Of a DNA stretch of 64,000 bases, positions 51,601 through 64,000 are shown in pieces. Each line of letters starts with the position of its first letter. Positions within the stretch are counted from its first letter, which is position 1. The notes under the pieces are model-generated. The model was given only the letters and a program-made list of their open reading frames with translations, was not told where the DNA came from and ran no database searches. The stretch is from Nemertoderma westbladi (Eukaryota > Animalia > Xenacoelomorpha), in assembly GCA_032718475.1 (NCBI GenBank), contig JAUCBJ010001728.1, positions 1 through 64,000 of the forward strand. The letters are read 5' to 3'. Position numbers and translations under genes: made by a program.

Positions 51601-54600
51601 ATAGTAAATGTATGGAGTAGGGAAAGAACGTAGAGGCATTCATAGTAAATGTATGGAGTAGGGAGAGAACGTAGAGGCATTCATAGTAAATGTATGGAGT
51701 AGGGAGAGAACGTAGAGGCATTCATAGTAAATGTATGGAGTAGGGACGGAACGTAGAGGCATTCATAGTAAATGTATGGAGTAGGGAGAGAACGTAGAGG
51801 CATTCATAGTAAATGTATGGAGTAGGGAAAGAAGAACGTAGAGGCATTCATAGTAAATGTATGGAGTAGGGAAAGAAGAACGTAGAGGCATTCATAGTAA
51901 ATGTATGGAGTAGGGACGGAACGTAGAGGCATTCATAGTAAATGTATGGAGGAGGGACGGAACGTAGAGGCATTCATAGTAAATGTATGGAGTAGGGACG
52001 GAACGTAGAGGCATTCATAGTAAATGTATGGAGTAGGGAAAGAAGAACGTAGAGGCATTCATAGTAAATGTATGGAGTAGGGAAAGAACGTAGAGGCATT
52101 CATAGTAAATGTATGGAGGAGGGACGGAGCGTAGAGGCATTCATAGTAAATGTATGGAGTAGGGAAAGAACGTAGAGGCATTCATAGTAAATGTATGGAG
52201 TAGGGAAAGAAGAACGTAGAGGCATTCATAGTAAATGTATGGAGTAGGGACGGAACGTAGAGGCATTCATAGTAAATGTATGGAGTAGGGAAAGAAGAAC
52301 GTAGAGGCATTCATAGTAAATGTATGGAGTAGGGACGGAACGTAGAGGCATTCATAGTAAATGTATGGAGTAGGGAAAGAAGAACGTAGAGGCATTCATA
52401 GTAAATGTATGGAGTAGGGAAAGAACGTAGAGGCATTCATAGTAAATGTATGGAGTAGGGAAAGAAGAACGTAGAGGCATTCATAGTAAATGTATGGAGT
52501 AGGGACGGAACGTAGAGGCATTCATAGTAAATGTATGGAGTAGGGAAAGAAGAACGTAGAGGCATTCATAGTAAATGTATGGAGTAGGGACGGAACGTAG
52601 AGGCATTCATAGTAAATGTATGGAGTAGGGAAAGAAGAACGTAGAGGCATTCATAGTAAATGTATGGAGTAGGGACGGAACGTAGAGGCATTCATAGTAA
52701 ATGTATGGAGTAGGGAAAGAAGAACGTAGAGGCATTCATAGTAAATGTATGGAGTAGGGACGGAACGTAGAGGCATTCATAGTAAATGTATGGAGGAGGG
52801 ACGGAACGTAGAGGCATTCATAGTAAATGTATGGAGTAGGGACGGAACGTAGAGGCATTCATAGTAAATGTATGGAGTAGGGAAAGAAGAACGTAGAGGC
52901 ATTCATAGTAAATGTATGGAGTAGGGACGGAACGTAGAGGCATTCATAGTAAATGTATGGAGGAGGGACGGAACGTAGAGGCATTCATAGTAAATGTATG
53001 GAGTAGGGACGGAACGTAGAGGCATTCATAGTAAATGTATGGAGTAGGGAAAGAAGAACGTAGAGGCATTCATAGTAAATGTATGGAGTAGGGAAAGAAC
53101 GTAGAGGCATTCATAGTAAATGTATGGAGGAGGGACGGAGCGTAGAGGCATTCATAGTAAATGTATGGAGTAGGGAAAGAACGTAGAGGCATTCATAGTA
53201 AATGTATGGAGTAGGGAAAGAACGTAGAGGCATTCATAGTAAATGTATGGAGGAGGGAAAGAACGTAGAGGCATTCATAGTAAATGTATGGAGTAGGGAA
53301 AGAACGTAGAGGCATTCATAGTAAATGTATGGAGTAGGGAGAGAACGTAGAGGCATTCATAGTAAATGTATGGAGTAGGGAAAGAAGAACGTAGAGGCAT
53401 TCATAGTAAATGTATGGAGTAGGGAAAGAACGTAGAGGCATTCATAGTAAATGTATGGAGGAGGGACGGAGCGTAGAGGCATTCATAGTAAATGTATGGA
53501 GTAGGGAAAGAACGTAGAGGCATTCATAGTAAATGTATGGAGTAGGGAAAGAACGTAGAGGCATTCATAGTAAATGTATGGAGGAGGGAAAGAACGTAGA
53601 GGCATTCATAGTAAATGTATGGAGTAGGGAAAGAACGTAGAGGCATTCATAGTAAATGTATGGAGTAGGGAGAGAACGTAGAGGCATTCATAGTAAATGT
53701 ATGGAGTAGGGAGAGAACGTAGAGGCATTCATAGTAAATGTATGGAGTAGGGACGGAACGTAGAGGCATTCATAGTAAATGTATGGAGTAGGGAAAGAAG
53801 AACGTAGAGGCATTCATAGTAAATGTATGGAGTAGGGACGGAACGTAGAGGCATTCATAGTAAATGTATGGAGGAGGGAAAGAACGTAGAGGCATTCATA
53901 GTAAATGTATGGAGTAGGGACGGAACGTAGAGGCATTCATAGTAAATGTATGGAGGAGGGACGGAACGTAGAGGCATTCATAGTAAATGTATGGAGTAGG
54001 GACGGAACGTAGAGGCATTCATAGTAAATGTATGGAGTAGGGAAAGAAGAACGTAGAGGCATTCATAGTAAATGTATGGAGTAGGGAAAGAACGTAGAGG
54101 CATTCATAGTAAATGTATGGAGGAGGGACGGAGCGTAGAGGCATTCATAGTAAATGTATGGAGGAGGGAAGGAAGAACGTAGAGGCATTCATAGTAAATG
54201 TATGGAGTAGGGAGAGAACGTAGAGGCATTCATAGTAAATGTATGGAGGAGGGACGGAACGTAGAGGCATTCATAGTAAATGTATGGAGTAGGGACGGAA
54301 CGTAGAGGCATTCATAGTAAATGTATGGAGGAGGGACGGAGCGTAGAGGCATTCATAGTAAATGTATGGAGGAGGGAAGGAAGAACGTAGAGGCATTCAT
54401 AGTAAATGTATGGAGGAGGGACGGAGCGTAGAGGCATTCATAGTAAATGTATGGAGGAGGGAAGGAAGAACGTAGAGGCATTCATAGTAAATGTATGGAG
54501 GAGGGACGGAGCGTAGAGGCATTCATAGTAAATGTATGGAGGAGGGAAGGAAGAACGTAGAGGCATTCATAGTAAATGTATGGAGTAGGGAAAGAACGTA

Positions 54601-57600
54601 GAGGCATTCATAGTAAATGTATGGAGGAGGGACGGAGCGTAGAGGCATTCATAGTAAATGTATGGAGGAGGGAAAGAACGTAGAGGCATTCATAGTAAAT
54701 GTATGGAGGAGGGACGGAGCGTAGAGGCATTCATAGTAAATGTATGGAGGAGGGAAAGAACGTAGAGGCATTCATAGTAAATGTATGGAGTAGGGAAAGA
54801 ACGTAGAGGCATTCATAGTAAATGTATGGAGTAGGGAGAGAACGTAGAGGCATTCATAGTAAATGTATGGAGTAGGGAGAGAACGTAGAGGCATTCATAG
54901 TAAATGTATGGAGTAGGGACGGAACGTAGAGGCATTCATAGTAAATGTATGGAGTAGGGAAAGAACGTAGAGGCATTCATAGTAAATGTATGGAGTAGGG
55001 AAAGAACGTAGAGGCATTCATAGTAAATGTATGGAGGAGGGACGGAACGTAGAGGCATTCATAGTAAATGTATGGAGTAGGGACGGAACGTAGAGGCATT
55101 CATAGTAAATGTATGGAGTAGGGAAAGAAGAACGTAGAGGCATTCATAGTAAATGTATGGAGTAGGGAAAGAACGTAGAGGCATTCATAGTAAATGTATG
55201 GAGGAGGGACGGAGCGTAGAGGCATTCATAGTAAATGTATGGAGGAGGGAAGGAAGAACGTAGAGGCATTCATAGTAAATGTATGGAGTAGGGAGAGAAC
55301 GTAGAGGCATTCATAGTAAATGTATGGAGGAGGGACGGAACGTAGAGGCATTCATAGTAAATGTATGGAGTAGGGACGGAACGTAGAGGCATTCATAGTA
55401 AATGTATGGAGTAGGGAAAGAAGAACGTAGAGGCATTCATAGTAAATGTATGGAGTAGGGAAAGAACGTAGAGGCATTCATAGTAAATGTATGGAGGAGG
55501 GACGGAGCGTAGAGGCATTCATAGTAAATGTATGGAGGAGGGAAAGAACGTAGAGGCATTCATAGTAAATGTATGGAGGAGGGACGGAGCGTAGAGGCAT
55601 TCATAGTAAATGTATGGAGGAGGGAAAGAACGTAGAGGCATTCATAGTAAATGTATGGAGTAGGGAAAGAACGTAGAGGCATTCATAGTAAATGTATGGA
55701 GTAGGGAGAGAACGTAGAGGCATTCATAGTAAATGTATGGAGTAGGGAGAGAACGTAGAGGCATTCATAGTAAATGTATGGAGTAGGGACGGAACGTAGA
55801 GGCATTCATAGTAAATGTATGGAGTAGGGAGAGAACGTAGAGGCATTCATAGTAAATGTATGGAGGAGGGACGGAACGTAGAGGCATTCATAGTAAATGT
55901 ATGGAGTAGGGACGGAGCGTAGAGGCATTCATAGTAAATGTATGGAGTAGGGAAAGAACGTAGAGGCATTCATAGTAAATGTATGGAGTAGGGAAAGAAC
56001 GTAGAGGCATTCATAGTAAATGTATGGAGGAGGGAAAGAACGTAGAGGCATTCATAGTAAATGTATGGAGTAGGGAAAGAACGTAGAGGCATTCATAGTA
56101 AATGTATGGAGTAGGGAGAGAACGTAGAGGCATTCATAGTAAATGTATGGAGTAGGGAGAGAACGTAGAGGCATTCATAGTAAATGTATGGAGTAGGGAC
56201 GGAACGTAGAGGCATTCATAGTAAATGTATGGAGTAGGGAAAGAAGAACGTAGAGGCATTCATAGTAAATGTATGGAGGAGGGACGGAACGTAGAGGCAT
56301 TCATAGTAAATGTATGGAGTAGGGACGGAACGTAGAGGCATTCATAGTAAATGTATGGAGTAGGGAAAGAAGAACGTAGAGGCATTCATAGTAAATGTAT
56401 GGAGTAGGGAAAGAACGTAGAGGCATTCATAGTAAATGTATGGAGGAGGGACGGAGCGTAGAGGCATTCATAGTAAATGTATGGAGGAGGGAAGGAAGAA
56501 CGTAGAGGCATTCATAGTAAATGTATGGAGTAGGGAAAGAACGTAGAGGCATTCATAGTAAATGTATGGAGTAGGGAAAGAACGTAGAGGCATTCATAGT
56601 AAATGTATGGAGTAGGGAAAGAACGTAGAGGCATTCATAGTAAATGTATGGAGTAGGGAAAGAACGTAGAGGCATTCATAGTAAATGTATGGAGTAGGGA
56701 AAGAACGTAGAGGCATTCATAGTAAATGTATGGAGTAGGGAAAGAACGTAGAGGCATTCATAGTAAATGTATGGAGTAGGGAAAGAACGTAGAGGCATTC
56801 ATAGTAAATGTATGGAGTAGGGAAAGAACGTAGAGGCATTCATAGTAAATGTATGGAGTAGGGAGAGAACGTAGAGGCATTCATAGTAAATGTATGGAGT
56901 AGGGAGAGAACGTAGAGGCATTCATAGTAAATGTATGGAGTAGGGAGAGAACGTAGAGGAATTCATAGTAAATGTATGGAGGAGGGAATGAAGATCGTAG
57001 AGGCATTCATAGTAAATGTATGGAGTAGGGAGAGAACGTAGAGGCATTCATAGTAAATGTATGGAGTAGGGAGAGAACGTAGAGGCATTCATAGTAAATG
57101 TATGGAGTAGGGAAAGAACGTAGAGGCATTCATAGTAAATGTATGGAGTAGGGAAAGAAGATCGTAGAGGCATTCATAGTAAATGTATGGAGGAGGGAAT
57201 GAAGATCGTAGAGGCATTCATAGTAAATGTATGGAGGAGGGAATGAAGATCGTAGAGGCATTCATAGTAAATGTATGGAGTAGGGAGAGAACGTAGAGGC
57301 ATTCATAGTAAATGTATGGAGTAGGGAAAGAACGTAGAGGCATTCATAGTAAATGTATGGAGGAGGGAATGAAGATCGTAGAGGCATTCATAGTAAATGT
57401 ATGGAGTAGGGAGAGAACGTAGAGGCATTCATAGTAAATGTATGGAGTAGGGAAAGAACGTAGAGGCATTCATAGTAAATGTATGGAGTAGGGAAAGAAC
57501 GTAGAGGCATTCATAGTAAATGTATGGAGTAGGGAAAGAACGTAGAGGCATTCATAGTAAATGTATGGAGTAGGGAAAGAACGTAGAGGCATTCATAGTA

Positions 57601-60600
57601 AATGTATGGAGTAGGGAAAGAACGTAGAGGCATTCATAGTAAATGTATGGAGGAGGGAATGAAGATCGTAGAGGCATTCATAGTAAATGTATGGAGTAGG
57701 GAGAGAACGTAGAGGCATTCATAGTAAATGTATGGAGTAGGGAAAGAACGTAGAGGCATTCATAGTAAATGTATGGAGTAGGGAAAGAACGTAGAGGCAT
57801 TCATAGTAAATGTATGGAGTAGGGAAAGAACGTAGAGGCATTCATAGTAAATGTATGGAGTAGGGAAAGAAGATCGTAGAGGCATTCATAGTAAATGTAT
57901 GGAGTAGGGAGAGAACGTAGAGGCATTCATAGTAAATGTATGGAGTAGGGAGAGAACGTAGAGGCATTCATAGTAAATGTATGGAGTAGGGAAAGAACGT
58001 AGATGCATTCATAGTAAATGTATGGAGTAGGGAGAGAACGTAGAGGCATTCATAGTAAATGTATGGAGTAGGGAGAGAACGTAGAGGAATTCATAGTAAA
58101 TGTATGGAGTAGGGAAAGAACGTAGAGGCATTCATAGTAAATGTATGGAGTAGGGAAAGAAGATCGTAGAGGCATTCATAGTAAATGTATGGAGTAGGGA
58201 GAGAACGTAGAGGCATTCATAGTAAATGTATGGAGTAGGGAGAGAACGTAGAGGAATTCATAGTAAATGTATGGAGGAGGGAATGAAGATCGTAGAGGCA
58301 TTCATAGTAAATGTATGGAGGAGGGAAAGAACGTTGAGGCATTCATAGTAAATGTATGGAGTAGGGAGAGAACGTAGAGGCATTCATAGTAAATGTATGG
58401 AGTAGGGAGAGAACGTAGAGGCATTCGTAGTAAATGTATGGAGTAGGGAAAGAAGATCGTAGAGGCATTCATAGTAAATGTATGGAGTAGGGAGAGAACG
58501 TAGAGGCATTCATAGTAAATGTATGGAGTAGGGAGAGAACGTAGAGGCATTCATAGTAAATGTATGGAGTAGGGAGAGAACGTAGAGGCATTCATAGTAA
58601 ATGTATGGAGTAGGGAGAGAACGTAGAGGCATTCATAGTAAATGTATGGAGTAGGGAGAGAACGTATAGGCATTCATAGTAAATGTATGGAGTAGGGAGA
58701 GAACGTAGAGGCATTCATAGTAAATGTATGGAGTAGGGAGAGAACGTAGAGGCATTCATAGTAAATGTATGGAGTAGGGAGAGAACGTAGAGGCATTCAT
58801 AGTAAATGTATGGAGTAGGGAGAGAACGTAGAGGCATTCATAGTAAATGTATGGAGTAGGGAGAGAACGTAGAGGCATTCATAGTAAATGTATGGAGTAG
58901 GGAGAGAACGTAGAGGCATTCATAGTAAATGTATGGAGTAGGGAAAGAAGATCGTAGAGGCATTCATAGTAAATGTATGGAGGAGGGAATGAAGATCGTA
59001 GAGGCATTCATAGTAAATGTATGGAGTAGGGAAAGAACGTAGAGGCATTCATAGTAAATGTATGGAGGAGGGAAAGAACGTAGAGGCATTCATAGTAAAT
59101 GTATGGAGGAGGGAATGAAGATCGTAGAGGCATTCATAGTAAATGTATGGAGGAGGGAAAGAACGTAGAGGCATTCATAGTAAATGTATGGAGGAGGGAA
59201 AGATCGTAGAGGCATTCATAGTAAATGTATGGAGGAGGGAATGAAGATCGTAGAGGCATTCATAGTAAATGTATGGAGTAGGTAGAGAACGTAGAGGCAT
59301 TCATAGTAAATGTATGGAGGAGGGAATGAAGATCGTAGAGGCATTCATAGTAAATGTATGGAGGAGGGAAAGATCGTAGAGGCATTCATAGTAAATGTAT
59401 GGAGTAGGGAAAGAACGTAGAGGCATTCATAGTAAATGTATGGAGGAGGGAATGAAGATCGTAGAGGCATTCATAGTAAATGTATGGAGGAGGGAAAGAA
59501 CGTAGAGGCATTCATAGTAAATGTATGGAGTAGGGAGAGAACGTAGAGGAATTCATAGTAAATGTATGGAGTAGGGAAAGAACGTAGAGGCATTCATAGT
59601 AAATGTATGGAGGAGGGAATGAAGATCGTAGAGGCATTCATAGTAAATGTATGGAGGAGGGAAAGAACGTAGAGGCATTCATAGTAAATGTATGGAGGAG
59701 GGAAAGATCGTAGAGGCATTCATAGTAAATGTATGGAGGAGGGAATGAAGATCGTAGAGGCATTCATAGTAAATGTATGGAGTAGGGAAAGAACGTAGAG
59801 GCATTCATAGTAAATGTATGGAGGAGGGAATGAAGATCGTAGAGGCATTCATAGTAAATGTATGGAGGAGGGAAAGAACGTAGAGGCATTCATAGTAAAT
59901 GTATGGAGGAGGGAAAGAACGTAGAGGCATTCATAGTAAATGTATGGAGTAGGGAAAGAACGTAGAGGCATTCATAGTAAATGTATGGAGGAGGGAAAGA
60001 TCGTAGAGGCATTCATAGTAAATGTATGGAGGAGGGAATGAAGATCGTAGAGGCATTCATAGTAAATGTATGGAGGAGGGAAAGAACGTAGAGGCATTCA
60101 TAGTAAATGTATGGAGGAGGGAATGAAGATCGTAGAGGCATTCATAGTAAATGTATGGAGGAGGGAAAGAACGTAGAGGCATTCATAGTAAATGTATGGA
60201 GGAGGGAAAGAACGTAGAGGCATTCATAGTAAATGTATGGAGGAGGGAATGAAGATCGTAGAGGCATTCATAGTAAATGTATGGAGTAGGGAAAGAACGT
60301 AGAGGCATTCATAGTAAATGTATGGAGGAGGGAATGAAGATCGTAGAGGCATTCATAGTAAATGTATGGAGGAGGGAAAGAACGTAGAGGCATTCATAGT
60401 AAATGTATGGAGGAGGGAAAGAACGTAGAGGCATTCATAGTAAATGTATGGAGGAGGGAATGAAGATCGTAGAGGCATTCATAGTAAATGTATGGAGGAG
60501 GGAAAGAACGTAGAGGCATTCATAGTAAATGTATGGAGGAGGGAATGAAGAACGTAGAGGCATTCATAGTAAATGTATGGAGGAGGGAAAGAACGTAGAG

Positions 60601-63600
60601 GCATTCATAGTAAATGTATGGAGTAGGGAAAGAACGTAGAGGCATTCATAGTAAATGTATGGAGGAGGGAAAGATCGTAGAGGCATTCATAGTAAATGTA
60701 TGGAGGAGGGAATGAAGATCGTAGAGGCATTCATAGTAAATGTATGGAGGAGGGAAAGAACGTAGAGGCATTCATAGTAAATGTATGGAGGAGGGAATGA
60801 AGATCGTAGAGGCATTCATAGTAAATGTATGGAGGAGGGAATGAAGATCGTAGAGGCATTCATAGTAAATGTATGGAGGAGGGAAAGAACGTAGAGGCAT
60901 TCATAGTAAATGTATGGAGGAGGGAAAGAACGTAGAGGCATTCATAGTAAATGTATGGAGGAGGGAAAGATCGTAGAGGCATTCATAGTAAATGTATGGA
61001 GGAGGGAATGAAGATCGTAGAGGCATTCATAGTAAATGTATGGAGGAGGGAAAGAACGTAGAGGCATTCATAGTAAATGTATGGAGGAGGGAATGAAGAT
61101 CGTAGAGGCATTCATAGTAAATGTATGGAGGAGGGAATGAAGATCGTAGAGGCATTCATAGTAAATGTATGGAGGAGGGAATGAAGATCGTAGAGGCATT
61201 CATAGTAAATGTATGGAGGAGGGAAAGAACGTAGAGGCATTCATAGTAAATGTATGGAGGAGGGAAAGAACGTAGAGGCATTCATAGTAAATGTATGGAG
61301 GAGGGAAAGATCGTAGAGGCATTCATAGTAAATGTATGGAGGAGGGAATGAAGATCGTAGAGGCATTCATAGTAAATGTATGGAGGAGGGAATGAAGATC
61401 GTAGAGGCATTCATAGTAAATGTATGGAGGAGGGAAAGAACGTAGAGGCATTCATAGTAAATGTATGGAGGAGGGAATGAAGAACGTAGAGGCATTCATA
61501 GTAAATGTATGGAGGAGGGAAAGAACGTAGAGGCATTCATAGTAAATGTATGGAGTAGGGAAAGAACGTAGAGGCATTCATAGTAAATGTATGGAGGAGG
61601 GAAAGATCGTAGAGGCATTCATAGTAAATGTATGGAGGAGGGAATGAAGATCGTAGAGGCATTCATAGTAAATGTATGGAGGAGGGAAAGAACGTAGAGG
61701 CATTCATAGTAAATGTATGGAGGAGGGAATGAAGATCGTAGAGGCATTCATAGTAAATGTATGGAGGAGGGAATGAAGATCGTAGAGGCATTCATAGTAA
61801 ATGTATGGAGGAGGGAAAGAACGTAGAGGCATTCATAGTAAATGTATGGAGGAGGGAAAGAACGTAGAGGCATTCATAGTAAATGTATGGAGTAGGGAAA
61901 GAACGTAGAGGCATTCATAGTAAATGTATGGAGGAGGGAAAGATCGTAGAGGCATTCATAGTAAATGTATGGAGGAGGGAATGAAGATCGTAGAGGCATT
62001 CATAGTAAATGTATGGAGGAGGGAAAGAACGTAGAGGCATTCATAGTAAATGTATGGAGGAGGGAATGAAGATCGTAGAGGCATTCATAGTAAATGTATG
62101 GAGGAGGGAAAGAACGTAGAGGCATTCATAGTAAATGTATGGAGGAGGGAAAGAACGTAGAGGCATTCATAGTAAATGTATGGAGGAGGGAATGAAGATC
62201 GTAGAGGCATTCATAGTAAATGTATGGAGTAGGGAAAGAACGTAGAGGCATTCATAGTAAATGTATGGAGGAGGGAATGAAGATCGTAGAGGCATTCATA
62301 GTAAATGTATGGAGGAGGGAAAGAACGTAGAGGCATTCATAGTAAATGTATGGAGGAGGGAAAGAACGTAGAGGCATTCATAGTAAATGTATGGAGTAGG
62401 GAAAGAACGTAGAGGCATTCATAGTAAATGTATGGAGGAGGGAATGAAGATCGTAGAGGCATTCATAGTAAATGTATGGAGGAGGGAAAGAACGTAGAGG
62501 CATTCATAGTAAATGTATGGAGGAGGGAATGAAGATCGTAGAGGCATTCATAGTAAATGTATGGAGGAGGGAAAGAACGTAGAGGCATTCATAGTAAATG
62601 TATGGAGGAGGGAAAGAACGTAGAGGCATTCATAGTAAATGTATGGAGTAGGGAAAGAACGTAGAGGCATTCATAGTAAATGTATGGAGGAGGGAAAGAT
62701 CGTAGAGGCATTCATAGTAAATGTATGGAGGAGGGAATGAAGATCGTAGAGGCATTCATAGTAAATGTATGGAGGAGGGAAAGAACGTAGAGGCATTCAT
62801 AGTAAATGTATGGAGGAGGGAATGAAGATCGTAGAGGCATTCATAGTAAATGTATGGAGGAGGGAAAGAACGTAGAGGCATTCATAGTAAATGTATGGAG
62901 GAGGGAAAGAACGTAGAGGCATTCATAGTAAATGTATGGAGGAGGGAATGAAGATCGTAGAGGCATTCATAGTAAATGTATGGAGTAGGGAAAGAACGTA
63001 GAGGCATTCATAGTAAATGTATGGAGGAGGGAATGAAGATCGTAGAGGCATTCATAGTAAATGTATGGAGGAGGGAAAGAACGTAGAGGCATTCATAGTA
63101 AATGTATGGAGGAGGGAAAGAACGTAGAGGCATTCATAGTAAATGTATGGAGTAGGGAAAGAACGTAGAGGCATTCATAGTAAATGTATGGAGGAGGGAA
63201 TGAAGATCGTAGAGGCATTCATAGTAAATGTATGGAGGAGGGAAAGAACGTAGAGGCATTCATAGTAAATGTATGGAGTAGGGAAAGAACGTAGAGGCAT
63301 TCATAGTAAATGTATGGAGGAGGGAATGAAGATCGTAGAGGCATTCATAGTAAATGTATGGAGGAGGGAAAGAACGTAGAGGCATTCATAGTAAATGTAT
63401 GGAGGAGGGAATGAAGAACGTAGAGGCATTCATAGTAAATGTATGGAGGAGGGAATGAAGATCGTAGAGGCATTCATAGTAAATGTATGGAGGAGGGAAA
63501 GAACGTAGAGGCATTCATAGTAAATGTATGGAGTAGGGAAAGAACGTAGAGGCATTCATAGTAAATGTATGGAGGAGGGAATGAAGATCGTAGAGGCATT

Positions 63601-64000
63601 CATAGTAAATGTATGGAGGAGGGAAAGAACGTAGAGGCATTCATAGTAAATGTATGGAGGAGGGAAAGATCGTAGAGGCATTCATAGTAAATGTATGGAG
63701 GAGGGAATGAAGATCGTAGAGGCATTCATAGTAAATGTATGGAGTAGGGAAAGAACGTAGAGGCATTCATAGTAAATGTATGGAGGAGGGAATGAAGATC
63801 GTAGAGGCATTCATAGTAAATGTATGGAGGAGGGAAAGAACGTAGAGGCATTCATAGTAAATGTATGGAGGAGGGAAAGAACGTAGAGGCATTCATAGTA
63901 AATGTATGGAGTAGGGAAAGAACGTAGAGGCATTCATAGTAAATGTATGGAGGAGGGAATGAAGATCGTAGAGGCATTCATAGTAAATGTATGGAGGAGG
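6605..64000. repeat. 41-bp purine-rich satellite array, consensus CATAGTAAATGTATGGAG(T/G)AGGGAAAGAACGTAGAGGCATT, with 36-bp and 44-bp length variants; roughly 1,400 units, truncated at right edge
   Basis: Uninterrupted head-to-tail array with a near-invariant core CGTAGAGGCATTCATAGTAAATG. The variable part comprises GAGT/GAGG, then AAAGAA, AGAGAA, ACGGAA, ACGGAG, AAGGAA, AAAGAT, AATGAAGA(A/T), AAAGAAGA(A/T) or AAGGAAGA(A/T), plus a 5-bp deletion variant AAATGAGTAGGG. The copy number is estimated as length divided by ~41.7. Confidence 0.99.

Noticed and set aside
6540-58550. Numerous short ORFs (MPLRSFPTPYIYYECLYV..., MYGVGRERR...)
   Set aside because: These are translations of the satellite that stay open only where length variants shift the frame. 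They show no domain or independent coding signal.
6605-64000. CRISPR-like array (constant 23-bp repeat plus variable segment)
   Set aside because: The variable segments are a handful of closely related recurring variants rather than unique spacers. There are no cas genes, and the context is a spliceosomal eukaryotic gene.

Overview
Eukaryotic (probably marine invertebrate) genomic DNA, about 95% tandem repeat. The only supportable coding sequence is a single 252-nt, phase 0/0 internal exon (3767-4018, + strand) of a long-tailed class I myosin (MYO1E/F-like motor domain, DIYGFE switch-II plus relay helix). Upstream lies a near-perfect 40-bp tandem array (at least 94 copies, running off the window's left edge). 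Its unit is a copy of this exon's own 3' splice junction: branch point CTAAC, pyrimidine tract, TAG, then the first 18 nt of an exon-like sequence followed by AGC and an in-frame stop. The real acceptor is simply the last unit of the array. The downstream intron contains a 2.2-kb non-autonomous foldback (MULE-like) element, a poly-C tract, and then a purine-rich 41-bp satellite of more than 57 kb (about 1,400 units, running off the right edge). That satellite has 36/41/44-bp variants arranged in local higher-order repeats, domains and long-range duplications. The most striking observation is the satellite built from decoy splice acceptors, within what looks like a gene whose introns are inflated by satellite DNA.
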